A stretch of DNA of 62,078 nucleotides, filler included, from Choristocarpus tenellus KU-1152 (Eukaryota > Protista > Phaeophyceae): the NCBI GenBank assembly GCA_964200185.2. It is 11 parts of 11 records of this genome, joined end to end, with 100 filler letters (N's around TTAATTAATTAA, not from the genome) between each part and the next. Parts side by side here need not be neighbours in the genome. Positions count along the whole stretch, not along the records: positions 19,203 to 30,084 come from CAXNAD020002651.1; positions 30,185 to 38,381 come from CAXNAD020005012.1; positions 38,482 to 42,323 come from CAXNAD020017618.1; 8 more parts are not named here. One strand, 5' to 3'. The translations under genes were made by a program, and so were the position numbers. The notes beneath the pieces are model-generated. The model was not told the origin of the DNA. It saw only the letters and a list, made by a program, of their open reading frames with translations, and did no database searches. Shown here in pieces: positions 27,166 through 39,140 of this stretch. How positions within the stretch are numbered: the stretch's first letter is position 1; the number at the start of each line of letters is the position of its first letter.

Positions 27166-29272
27166 ATGTCGCTGGATGTGAGGGCTTTTCGTGCAGTCCT
27201 GGTCTCAGTCTTCATTTTGTCATGGGCGCTCTCATCAAGAGCATTCCAATGTACACCCAAGGTATTGCAGCTGGGCCTTGAACAACAATCACTGGGATGG
27301 CTGTTTGAACCGGGACATAAAAGGTTGTGTACCGACGTTCCTGGTTGCAGCGGATGGAATGAGGGCTCTACTAGGAGTATGGTTGGTTGGCGAAGACAGG
27401 TGTCAAGTATTTTGGCCAGCGCTTCGGAGAGGGGGGAGGGGACCAAAGACGTGGTATTAATAGAGCAGCATGGACCTGCGTGGACAGAAGTGGTATGGGA
27501 TAAGGTGAGATCGCGATGACTCAATAAAATGTAGTGTATGCTGACGTTGTCATGCTTGAATCAACCTGCAGGTTCCTATCCTCTGTTAGCACCTTTGATG
27601 GTCTCACCTTCTTATCATCCCTCACGGTCTTTCAGGTAATTTCTCGACGATCTGAGTGAGGTTCTTTTTTCCCTTGTGCTTCATTAGAAGGATAAATGAA
27701 TCGCCATTAAGCTTCCTTAGCTTGGGGTGGATGCTAGCATCTGAAACCTGATGTAGCCTTTGTATCTAACAGCTCTTTCGACCAAGACGGGTCTTAGTTC
27801 CCATCGTGTCTCGCCTAACCTTCATCGCATCATGGAAAACTCCTTGCCTCCATTCCTCTCTACTATGCACCCTCCTACGATCGCACGGCATTTTTCTCAA
27901 TGGCGTCACATGCGATCACATCCTCGGGGTATGGTTGGTGCATTGGGTTGGACTGGAGTAAAGGAAGCAGGCCGCTTTGTGGGAGCGACCTCACTTGAAA
28001 TGAAGACCAACGAACAGAGGGTGAGAGTAGCGATGGGAGGGCTGAGGATGCTGCTGCGACACTGGTTTATTCCTGATGATGTTACACCTGACTACTACAG
28101 CTTTACTACGTGGCGGGTTTTCCAGCGGTTTGTCGCTGCGACAGTCAATGTTTTTGGTACTCAGGTGTGTCGTTGCATATCCAAGAATCTCGGTCGATTG
28201 CATACCAGAGCTCTTACTAGGAATGTTGTGGCATGTCCCTGGGACTGCATTATGACCTTGGGTTGGGCTGGACTTCCGTTGTTCTCTATTTTTTTCGTGG
28301 CCTTAGTATTGGTTCGCTTTCTTGGTACATATCCGATAATATCACAATCACAACAGTCGAATAAATAGAGGAATGGAACTTTGGCCTTTGGTTGAGATAA
28401 GAGGGGCATGTTGTAGCTCTGCAGCTATTGTAAGCAGTCATAACAGTGCTTCATATATCCATGCATGATCGTATCGGGATTCCAGATAATATCTTGACTC
28501 CCTGGATATTGTCATATCATATCATGCCACCCCTCATAGCAGAAGGGGAGCGCTTGAACTATTTTTGTGCTTGTATTAATAGAATTTTTCTAGACCGAGA
28601 CTTGAAGGATTAATTAATGAGCATGCTGAGAGATTCAAGTGACTACTTCAGTGCCATGCTCCTGATGACTTACACTGGGGAGGGGTTTGGTTCTTGCCAT
28701 GTGGCAATGGCCTGATGTAAGGGCTGCTTCTGTGTTGATACCTTTGCCATACACCACTAATTTTTGACAAGCGAGGGGCCAGGTTCTACTATTCTCCTCT
28801 CCCCCCATGTTGTGTGTACTATGACAACTTCACCCTCTTGATGTGCCGTAAATCTTTCTGTATGGCAACCACAAATCCTGGGAGTGGATGTTGGAAGACG
28901 AGGGATATGCTGAATACATTTTTCAAATGCAGTTCATCCATTTGTCGGCACTTAAAAGTGTTAGTGTTCCAGGCCTTGGAACATGTCTTCTGTCATGAGG
29001 GTTGGGGGGAAACCAAGAAATGTAGGAGTGCGGTCTGATTAATATAGCCTTGTTGTTCCATCTCCCCTTCAATCTTCCCACCATTGTTGCATGGGTGCTC
29101 TGCCAAAGGCGTTATTGCTAGCTCTGGGCATCAAGTCGCAACGGCTAGGGGCGGCAGCGGCAATGAGTTGGGTGCTTAAGGATGCCCTTGGGAAGTTTGG
29201 GAGGATTTTGTGGGCATCGAAGATGGGAAAGAGATTTGACTCAGATGCCAAGAGATGGCGCTTTCGAAGCAG
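27166..29272 (+). CDS. RUS (root UVB sensitive)/DUF647 family protein with a predicted bipartite targeting peptide (5' part)
   Basis: Exon 27166-27504 carries a signal peptide ...LSSRA|FQC. The exon ending at 28164 reads FIPDDVTPDYYSFTTWRVFQ...VFGTQ. Exon 29109-29272 reads ALLLALG...AAAAMSWVLKDALGKFG...FDSDAKRWRF, diagnostic of RUS. The junction between the first two exons is not resolved. Confidence 0.88.
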
Positions 29273-30032
29273 GTATGTCTTGAATATATATTTTGTGCAT
29301 GTCTTTGGTCTTGATTTTGATATTGACATCTATGGAGACTTTGATTTGTTGCATGTGATACTAATTTTTTGATCGGTGAGGGTGGATGTTGCACTAGACT
29401 TTTATTTGTGTTACCGGTCTGACTGATTGCTCACTTGTTTATCCGAAAGTATTTTATGTTTTAGGTGCTTTCTTCTGTCGTTGTTCAGCAGTCCCAGAAG
29501 AAAGCTGGTACAATTGAGTTTATTGAGCACAGTCCACAAGATTCGATTGGTTTGAATACTGTGCCAGTGGTGTAAGTTTATGATGGTAAGAACAAGTCTT
29601 TAGTGTGAGAGGTGCAAGTTTATGTTGCAATGCGCTGTTTTCTACTGCATGGTGCAGATATGTGCACGGCTGAAATATTTGAGGTGATTCTTGGGAATCC
29701 TGCCATTCCTGAAACTCAAATTTACTACCATATCTGAGCACATACCTTCAAGATACTTCATTTATAGGGTATGGAAGACTTGGAGGTGTGGACCAGGTCA
29801 GGACTGAATTCTCCTGGTTCATGTTGGGGGAGAGTATCAGTACCTTTTTTTGTCATTAAGTGTATTGCCGTGAAAGCCAGACATCAATTAGTGGGGTGCT
29901 TCAACCTCTTCAAGCCCCTGTTGGTGTAAAACATACCCTGAAATTACTGTAGTGTCCTCCAATCTCTCTTGTGTGATATGAAGAACTCCAAATACTTTGT
30001 CTCATGCACACAAAGTATGAAAGTCCTGAACC

Positions 30033-30066
<34 letters not shown>

Positions 30067-30197
30067 CCCCCCCCACCACCTTCCNNNNNNNNNNNNNNNN
30101 NNNNNNNNNNNNNNNNNNNNNNNNNNNNTTAATTAATTAANNNNNNNNNNNNNNNNNNNNNNNNNNNNNNNNNNNNNNNNNNNNTCACACTCCTCAC

Positions 30198-33114
30198 CTG
30201 ATGGTGTCCACTTGTCCCCAATAACAGGCCACATAGAGGGCTGTCTCCCCCTTGTTATTGCGCATCTCCAGCTTCGCACTGCACTTTTCAACCAATGTTC
30301 TTGCAATATCTGGCTTAAGAGATGATTTTCGATTCAACAGGAAGGTGGAGGTTAAATCCCTGAGGTCACCTTGTGAATCGCAATGCAAATAAAGTCATAC
30401 CCTGCCCAGAGCACTTACATGCCTTCATCTCCATAGACATGTACCACACTTACTTGTTGTAGAAGAAAACCGTATCAATACAGCAGGACAAGCTGACAGT
30501 GGTTAGCTTACTTCTTCAGTCAACACCTCCAAAGCACCCCAAAAAGAAAATGAAAATGCAAAGCCTCTCAGAACATTCAAGGTACTAAGTCCTCCTCCAA
30601 CCAACTCTAGCGTCTGCTATTAAACAATGCAAGTTCAATTTACGTCCAAAGTTGTTCTCAAGTTCTTTAGCAAAAAACCTGTGTCATGTTGGACCACACC
30701 ACACGTCACAGGTTCAAGCTCCCCTAATCAGCACTTCTGCAGTCCAAGTACCCCTTCAGCATAATTCCATAGGGGCGTGTGAAAGGTCTACCTAAGTCCC
30801 CATACTATTATTGACACATGTTTGAAGTTACTGCACATAGTACCTAGTACGGTACTTCCTGCTCTTCCCTGGCTACCTTCATGATCAAAGGCATAAAAAG
30901 TAGCAAGAGCAAAGAGTGATCCAGCATCCCTGCCAAAACGGATATCCATGTACCTCAAGATGATCCACTCGAGGAAAACAAAAAGCTTTCATTCAGCAAC
31001 TCAACAAAGTTTTGAATCTAGGGATGAAGGGAATGCATGGTGGTAACACTGGACCAATACCCACGGAGTCTCACCCTCTCTCAGAAGATGAAGACCAAAG
31101 TTATAAACACCTTCGTATCATCTCACAGAAAGCCCCACTGGCGCCCCCATAGGAAGCAAGAAACACTGAAATCAACTGTACAGTAGCACAAGCCCTCACT
31201 CCCCCCTCCCTGGTGTCGCTCATTGACAAGACTCACCTGTGTGACCATAGTACGCCGCCAGCATGAGTGGAGTCCTGTAACATCATGTAACGGTCACAAT
31301 AAAACCAATAAACAGGGAGGGATCAGTATGGAAGATGTATGTCTGTGGCATACTGGACAAGAAGAGTCCATTGTATCGAATGCCAATGGTGCCTAGGAGC
31401 ATGGTCGTGAGATGCACACAGGATTTGTTTCTATGACCTCACCAGCTCATCTCTGGACTAAGCACAAGTTAAGGGGCACTTGGGCATTAATGATTGTGGG
31501 TACTTCATAGCGATAGGGAGAGTTCATGGGATCAGGGCATTCACTCCAATCAATCAACGCATGTGACGTGAGACCTCTACTGAAAAGAATATCCTCAGTA
31601 GAGAGGTAAGGAGGGCAGACCAAGAGCAGAGAGCAGAGATAAAAAGAGATTGTGGTGAGGAGTCGAGATGGAATTTTTGCACAGGGCTTGGAGGTTAGCT
31701 AGATAGATGGAATGCCTTCAATGCAACCGCACAACATAATGTAATGCGCCAGGTATGGAGATCATGAGGACTTGAAAATACTTGGGTTGGGAAGTCAGGA
31801 AAAACCTTGCTCTGTTTGTATAAGAGGTGGGATCAGTTTTTTAGTGCCAATTAAAGTTAAGCTTTTGAAGCACCTTAACTGATGGCAATTGAGTGAAAGG
31901 GGGGTTGGGGTTGAGAGGAACTCAGCCTTGAGGTGCAACTGCCTTGTCAGAATAGCCTGGAAATGGGGAAATGGGGATGGCTCGGCAGACTGCAGAACTC
32001 ACAATCCAGTCTTAGCAATTGCGTAGTTTGCATTGGCTCCACCAGTCAATACCAGGTTGGAGATTATGGGACCCATTTCGTGTTCAACAGCCAGCATCAG
32101 CGGAGTCTTCCCTGGACAAGGGCATTGAAGGGTGGGGGCAGACATAACGTATTCACTACCCTGAATGTTTCAGATTAGGAATATGAAGTACCTAAAGCAG
32201 CTTTTCCCAACCTCAAAAATGTTACACCTGTACATTCTACAGAGGGGGCAATATCGTGAAGCGAGGGTGAAATTGACCATAGAGGGTGGTTGACCTTCTT
32301 TAACCAATGATGTATCGTTGATTTTTTTCATAATAACGGCGCCTTAAAGGCCGTATCCCCTCCTCCCTCTTTGTTGTGGGGATGATATAGCATCCCCATT
32401 TAGGATACCATCAATCGTGTTCTTAGAACGTGAAGTCACAAAAAACACAGACAGAAGACCAAAATATCCAAAGAGTATCGATCTAGAGGAATCTACATCA
32501 ATGCATGCACGATCGAGGGAGTCAAAGCTTGGATCTATTCTCGAGAATAGATAGTTCTGGGAGCATTAAAACATGGATACCCTCGCATTGAAAGTGGTGA
32601 AAGAGCACTCCAATACGTTCGAAGCGCTCTTGGTACCAAGTACTGGACCCGCCAAAAAGAACATCACCTACTCCCTTCAATATACTGCATCCCCTTCAGA
32701 TTATCAATTCACTCCCAGTCTCCACATCTCGCAAGTCCATTTCATTGCAGCTCTGGGAAATTTCGTGCTCGTCATGCTGGAGTTCAAGGCGACAGGGGTC
32801 AAGGTGGACTCACCAAACGAAAATTCCACATTGCAGTCTCCACCATTTCTTACGTAAGTCAGAGCTCCGGGGACGTCACCATTCTCAATTGAATCGAAAA
32901 TTTCATCCGGCGCAGTGTACGAAATCATGCTCATTGCCCTACGCCGACACATCCTCGCGACTCCAACATGTTGGGTATCCGCAACCAAAGAACTACACTG
33001 CCTTAGGCTAGAGAAGGGCTTGGTCTGGGGGGAGACCTGGGGTCCAAATGAAAAGAATCCCACTACCGGCACGGTGAGGCACCAAAGCATGAGTGCAATT
33101 ACACGATCCTTCAT
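30198..33114 (-). CDS. Ankyrin-repeat protein with an N-terminal signal/plastid-targeting peptide (5' part)
   Basis: Phase-consistent exons 33114-32814, 32111-32003, 31274-31237 and 30309-30198: GKTPLMLAVEH, GLTPLMLAAYYGHTDIARTLV, NNKGETALYVACYWGQVDTIR. Confidence 0.9.
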
Positions 33115-33440
33115 AGCCAGCGTAGTTGGGATGATCCCACACTGTAGGTGAAGATGAGGGATTGGGGATTAGGGAGTAGTATCTCCACTAAGGCCATACT
33201 ATAAAATAGAACTCCATCAAGTACTCAACAACCATCAACCATACCTTCAATATGTTACCACGCCCCCAAGTGGTTGCCCCTTACACACTCCTGATCGCTT
33301 GCAGTGCTAAGAGTACATCGTGATGCACTGCCATCTGTTGTCGCATTTCTAAAACTGTAACCTCTTTCCTGAATATAACAAGGTCCCACTTAGTGGCTTC
33401 CTATTACATATTTACTGTAGAGAGAGTACTAGGTGCAAAG

Positions 33441-36291
33441 ATGAAGAAGGTCAAGCCCAACGTGAAGATGGACCTGGACGACTTGACGGTGAGGTCTCGT
33501 AATTGCATTCTTCACTTAAATCATCCAGAAGATTTGTTCTCGGAAGTACTTGGATGTGGTACTCGGTAGACAAATGTGTACAGTACCACTCGAATGGACC
33601 TCTAGCACACTAACACGAAACGTCCGAGAGATCACCATGCCTATACTTCCTAGGATAGTCACTCCCTGTCTTCTCACCGCAGCGACCACATCAGGTGTCG
33701 TACTCTGTTCATGAGATCACCCTCCCCTTTCGTATCCCAATTGTCGCAGTGTGCTCTTAACAGCGACAGTGAGGTTGTACTACTCAAGGGTTTGAGAAGG
33801 TTTGCTTCTCAAATAAGGCAGGAACACAATCACCTTCGAGAAGGTAACAAGGGCGGTGCTGGAGTAGGTGGTGATGTCTTGGTGGGAAAAACTATGGTGC
33901 TTCTAGATGACTTTGTCTCGACTAGTTCACATGTGTGTTCAACATGTTTGCGGGGACTATGTGTTAGATCAAGGTCCTTCTTACAGTCTATGCAATTGCT
34001 TCAGATTGCAACTTAGAAGATGCGCAATCCCTTAAATCAATCGATATACTTTGGTACAAGTATCGGATGTCCCCAAGACATCGGGTTCGCAATGTGTTTG
34101 AATTTGTCCCTGGACGACAGGCTGTTGCTCAGCTCCAGTAAGGTGTCATGTGTGTATACCCCAACTCATATGGTGTGAATGCACTCAAGATATGGTATTC
34201 CCTATCTTCATTTCTTCAAGCACTTCCCATAAGGCAGTAGCACTCGTCCACATCTAGTGTCACAGCGAATAAGCACATACCTGGTTCTATTTTTGCTCAG
34301 ACTAGTGTGCAACTGAGGCTAGCCATCTTCTCTTTTCTTGTCATCTACATTGATTTATCTTTGGTGACTATGAGTGTCAGGAAGAGCTTTTTGCTTTACA
34401 ATGTTATATAGCAGTGCACAACCCTTTTACTATGAGAGTGGGCAGGTGCAATGCCAAAACTACAACAGATATTGTGTTTCTCAAGGTTTGTTAGATGAAA
34501 TGAATTCAAGACTCACACCTCAATCCTTATATGGGAGTGGATTGTACCAAAGCTGGTGTTGCTGTTCTGAGATTGAAAGTATCTTAGAGGGTATGAATTT
34601 CGCCCTGTTTGTCCATTTGGGGCTTGCTTTCCACAGTTTTTTTTATGACATTTTCCTACTCCCAAATGTTTTGGACTAAGTAAAAAGTATACGCTATGAA
34701 AGGGGGTGTTTGGAACAAGGATATTGACCCTTCCTAACAAATGCGATAGTCAAAATCACATCAAAATATCAACATTGAATTTTGACCCCTGAATAGACAT
34801 GGCTCTACCCTCTAAGATACTTTGACCCTGAAACTGAAGTTCAGACCCCTCTCTCTGTCCTATGACATCAACTGTGTATTCTGATGAATCATATGCTGGC
34901 AACATAGAGCTAGCCTTTGGGCCTAACCAAGAATCTGGTGTGGAGGGAGTGGGGGGTGCAGGGTGGGATGGGGAAGGGGAGGAGGCCACTATTGCCACAG
35001 CAGCAGGAGAAGTGGAAGAGAGTATGAGGGATGATATGGATGTTGCAGAGGAAGAGGACATAAGGAGCCAAAAGGCTACTGAGGTGGAGAAGTTTGATGA
35101 TACTGTTGCTGTCCCCGATGCTCATATATTTGATGGTAAGCCGGTGGGTCTGTTGGCAGAGTACCTTGAGGGCTCTCCTCTGCTAAATGACCTGTTGGCT
35201 GTGTGGGACCTACCTGTCAGGACGGTGAGTGAAGGAATGAAAGTGTGTGTGTCTGCCTGTGTGGGAGATAAGAAAAAATATTATTTCTGCTGTTGATAGT
35301 GTAATTGTATGCTGTATGTTGGCATGCACTGTGTGGGTAGAAATTGAAAAGGAGGATGGGGATTGGGATGGAGTGTTCTTTTACTTTTGTGTCTGCCAGT
35401 GGGCAGAACATTAGTGATGCCAAAGACTCCATATCTTACAGCAGATAGTATCATGAAAATATGTATGCATGACTAGGTGGGAAGGGGTAGGGCAGTGCAC
35501 TAGAAAGCGAAACATTGCAATAGCTCTCCAATTTCCTATAGTCACTTTACCTCATCTTGTGATAGCTTAGAGTTGAACGTTCTACTCCCTTCTCACCTGG
35601 ATAACTCTCACTTGGATAACTGACGCGACAAATCACCTTTTTGGATCTAGTACTGAAGTGATTGATTCCACCATGTTGTATACACTGTCATCCATTGCCC
35701 TCGGCTCTATTATTGTGCTGCATGTGGAATTGTTGTGCAAGACCTGTCTTGCTTTGCCTTGGATGAGATATCTGTGATACTTCCAGTGGTTAATGCTTTG
35801 TTCATACTGGCATGAAGTTGATGTGAAAGATTTGTCTCTATCTATGATACCTGTTTCCTGTGATTGGTTGACCTGCATGTGTGAAGTGGGCCCGTCCTTA
35901 CAAGCCAAAAGTTGAGACTCTACCACTGGTAGGGTGTTCATCCTCCTAGGAAGGCCTTGCATGAGAGCCCAGTAACAGATACGAAACTGTGTTGGAATAG
36001 CTGCAAACGCCAACTTCCCCTGTAGTAGAATCCAACGAAGTTATGTGTTGATTGTCTCACAATAACAACACAGACGGTGTCTTCTGTGGCAACAGCCCAC
36101 ACGGAGGCGTTGGTCGCAGTTCTGGAATGTATTGGTGCTGTGGTACATAAGGGGCACTCCCAACGCGACATTCACACTCCTTCGGTTCAGCCCATTGGCG
36201 GGCTGGGTGGGGGGGTCAGGGATGGTTGGGGAGGGGCCAAGGCTGTGGAGGCGATCAATAAGATGGAAGCAACTGGACTGGCTCTATGCAG
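33441..36291 (+). CDS. 5' part of a multi-exon gene, possibly URB1/Npa1 (nucleolar pre-ribosome-associated protein)
   Basis: Phase-consistent exons 33441-33488, 33750-33843, 34908-35224 and 36074-36291. 'LLAEYLEGSPLLNDLLAVW' resembles the Npa1 N-terminal 'YL..SP...EL...W'. The gene structure is firmer than the product call. Confidence 0.5.
34571..34828 (+). mobile_element. MITE family B copy (intronic)
   Basis: TIRs GATTGAAAGTATCTTAGAGGGTA / TACCCTCTAAGATACTTTGACCC; TGA (or CTGA) duplication. Confidence 0.93.
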
Positions 36292-37671
36292 GTGAGGTAT
36301 GCTGAGATCAAGTTTATAGTAATGAAGGTGATAATTGTAATAGAGTGATAGATTGGGGGGTGAAGCACATTGCGCTAAAAGCAGCATGTACACCAGTTGA
36401 AGGATCTGTCTTGTCAAAGTGTTCTGGTTGGATGGCGTGTGTGTTTTTTTTACTTTTTTTCCTGCTGTGGTTATGTTTGTCTTGCCTTTGGTGTTACCCC
36501 CTTGTGAGATGCCTAACCCTAACCTTGCAGTGTACCAGAGTGTCAAGTGTGGGTTGAAAAGCCCGTGTCTATCTATGGCTCTCTGATGCAGTCCTTGAAG
36601 ATGCTCAACACAAAGTAGTTTTTCAATAGGGTGCCTGGTACACGGCTGGGCTTTTTACATTTCTCAGTCCAGATGGAGGTGGCGTTGAAAATGCTCCAGG
36701 ATCCACACCGCCTTGAGAACTTACCTTTGAAAATTTTGGGAGTAACTGCCCTTGATTGACAGTTTCAGGTGGTAGATTTGCTCCTAGGGGTCCGAAGGAT
36801 GGTTAGATAACAAAGGTTTTGTGGTGAGTGGGAGCATATATTTTGTGGTAAGACCATATTTGAATAAGCCCTGATCATCTGTGGGTTGCTGCCCAGTGGT
36901 AGGGGTCTTGATAACAATTGGTGATCCCCATGATACGGCAGCTGGTGAAGAGGATGTCTCCATGCACCACAAGACAAGCACACACTAGTTTTTCTTTCTC
37001 TTTTTTTCCTGGAGGTTTTAGGGTTAGGGGGGATGACTGCAGGTGTGTGTGTGTGTGTGTGTGTGTTTTGCAACACGGAAGATAGAAACGCCTGAGATGA
37101 CCTTGTAAAGTTGATGATGTGGTACTGTACCTCACTGTACCTTACTGTATTTTACTTTACTGTATTGTACTGTACTTTATTGCGTCATCAAGTGTGACAC
37201 CATGGTGCTTCACAATCAGTCCTTTGTCCTGTAGCACCATAGCTTGATTGCTGATCACTCGTGCATGTTGATGTGTTTCTGTGGAATGGCTTGATATGAT
37301 ACACCAGACTGATGTGGTCGCTTGTAGTAGCGTTCATACTTGATGATTACATCTACCTTGTTTGATGTGCTTGGTAGAGTCAGCGCATCAGAGCTGCTGA
37401 GCTCTGTAGCGATGTTCTGTGGCAGTGACCTGTGGCAGCGGTTGTGCCCTGGTCTGTAGTTTGCACTCGCTTAGAAAATGGAAGGGCACAGTATTGTACT
37501 TACTGTGGTTTTGCTATAGTAACAGCAGGCGATGACTTGAGCCAACCCTAGCCCTAACTTATTGATTCTGAATGGTAGCTCATGTGTGTATTTTGGAGGA
37601 CCCAGTGTATGCAGTTACAGCGCAATATGAGGTATCACAGAGGTTCTTGGTTGATGGACAACCTTGATTTA

Positions 37672-37734
37672 GTTAGGACCACTGAGATTAGGGTTAGGGT
37701 TAGGGTTAGGGTTAGGGTTAGGACCACTGAGATT
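37672..37734 (+). repeat. Interstitial (TTAGGG)n flanked by an 18-bp direct repeat
   Basis: GTTAGGACCACTGAGATT - AGGGTTAGGGTTAGGGTTAGGGTTAGG - GTTAGGACCACTGAGATT. Confidence 0.92.
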
Positions 37735-37770
37735 CGGATATGCTTTCTTTTCTTAATTGTAAGACCTCCG

Positions 37771-37907
37771 GTGTAGGAGATTGGGAGTGTGTTGTAGGAG
37801 ATTGGGAGTGTGTTATAAGAGGTTGGGAGTGTGTTGTAGGAGATTGGGAGTGTGTTGTAAGAGGTTGGGAGTGCGTTGTAGGGGGTTGGGAGTGTGTTGT
37901 AGGAGAT
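37771..37907. repeat. 21-bp minisatellite, about 6.5 copies
   Basis: Repeated GGAGATTGGGAGTGTGTTGTA variants. Confidence 0.92.
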
Positions 37908-38141
37908 TCAAGAGGGACAAAGACCCACACCGCTATGTTCTTGTGGTGTTGATCGACCAATGGGATTAGTGGGAAGGACATCATATAATGTCGATAATAT
38001 CGATAATATCATATATCATAGGCCTACAGACTATCGATAATATCATATATCATAGGCCGAGAAACAGCTGCAGTAAAACAAACAGAAATGGTAGACCAAG
38101 GTAAGGCATGAGATACAGACCACAGACCAGTTTTCTAGCGT

Positions 38142-38322
38142 TGGCTCGAAGTACTTGGGGGGGGGGGATGGCGGCTGTCCATTTGGAGCACATTTTTCCA
38201 TGTCGTGATTTTTGTGTGATTTGGTTGCGTGTGTCTAATGGATAATATAAATGCACTGTTCTTGATTTTGGCCCAAATGGACACCCTGGCTTAGACCAAT
38301 TCCCCCCCCCCCCCCCCCCCCC
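38142..38322 (-). mobile_element. MITE family A copy, reverse orientation, one end degraded
   Basis: Reverse complement of the 58753-58937 internal sequence (GTCCATTTGG, GATTTGGTTGC, ATGGATAAT, CCAAATGGACACCCTGG). Confidence 0.8.
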
Positions 38323-38481
38323 CTCCTGCTCCCTTTTTTCTCTTTTTCTTTGCTTCTTTTTTTTCTTGTATTGTTTGTTTTNNNNNNNNNNNNNNNNNNN
38401 NNNNNNNNNNNNNNNNNNNNNNNNNTTAATTAATTAANNNNNNNNNNNNNNNNNNNNNNNNNNNNNNNNNNNNNNNNNNNN

Positions 38482-38579
38482 TTGATGGTGCAAGGGGCTC
38501 ACAGGGTGAGGCTGTTGAGGAGAAGTCAAGGCTTACCCAGGAGGTGTCTGCTCTTGAGGCTCAAGTGACTGAACTCAGG
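38482..38579 (+). CDS. Isolated coiled-coil exon of an unknown gene
   Basis: Open frame DGARGSQGEAVEEKSRLTQEVSALEAQVTELR followed by a GT donor. Confidence 0.4.
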
Positions 38580-38882
38580 GTGACTATACCCTACTTAAAG
38601 GATTCACTCTCAGCCACTTTAAAGGTCAAAGTTACGCACAGACCCCACATCTACACAGGTACGATTAGCAAGGTCATCTCCTTCTACACAAGTAAGCATA
38701 TCCCACACCTGCATATAGCCCAACCCTGGTACCCACGCACATTTCCCCACTTTGTCATTCCTCCTGGAATTACCAGAGAGCATCTTGACTGGTAGTTGTT
38801 GGGGTTTTGTCTCCTCTCCCACTACAAGCACAGCAAACACACCCACCCCATGTGACATTCTCCTGGTGTGTCAAGAATTGAG

Positions 38883-39140
38883 GAGCCAAAGTATCTTAGA
38901 GGGTAGAGCCACGTCAATTTGCGAGGCAAAATCCAATTTTGCGATTTTGATGTAATTTTGGCTATCTTATTTGTTAGGAAGTGTCAATAGCCTTGTTCCG
39001 GACATACCTTTTCATAACGTAAATATTTTACCTACTCCGAAATATTTTGGACTAGGAGAAAGTTTTAAAAACCCGGAGGGAAGCCAAGCCCCAAATGGAC
39101 AAACAGGGCAAAACTCCTACCCTCTAAGATACTTTCACTC
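38883..39140 (-). mobile_element. MITE family B copy, reverse orientation
   Basis: GAGCCAAAGTATCTTAGAGGGTA ... CCCTCTAAGATACTTTCACTC; TGAG on both sides. Confidence 0.93.
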
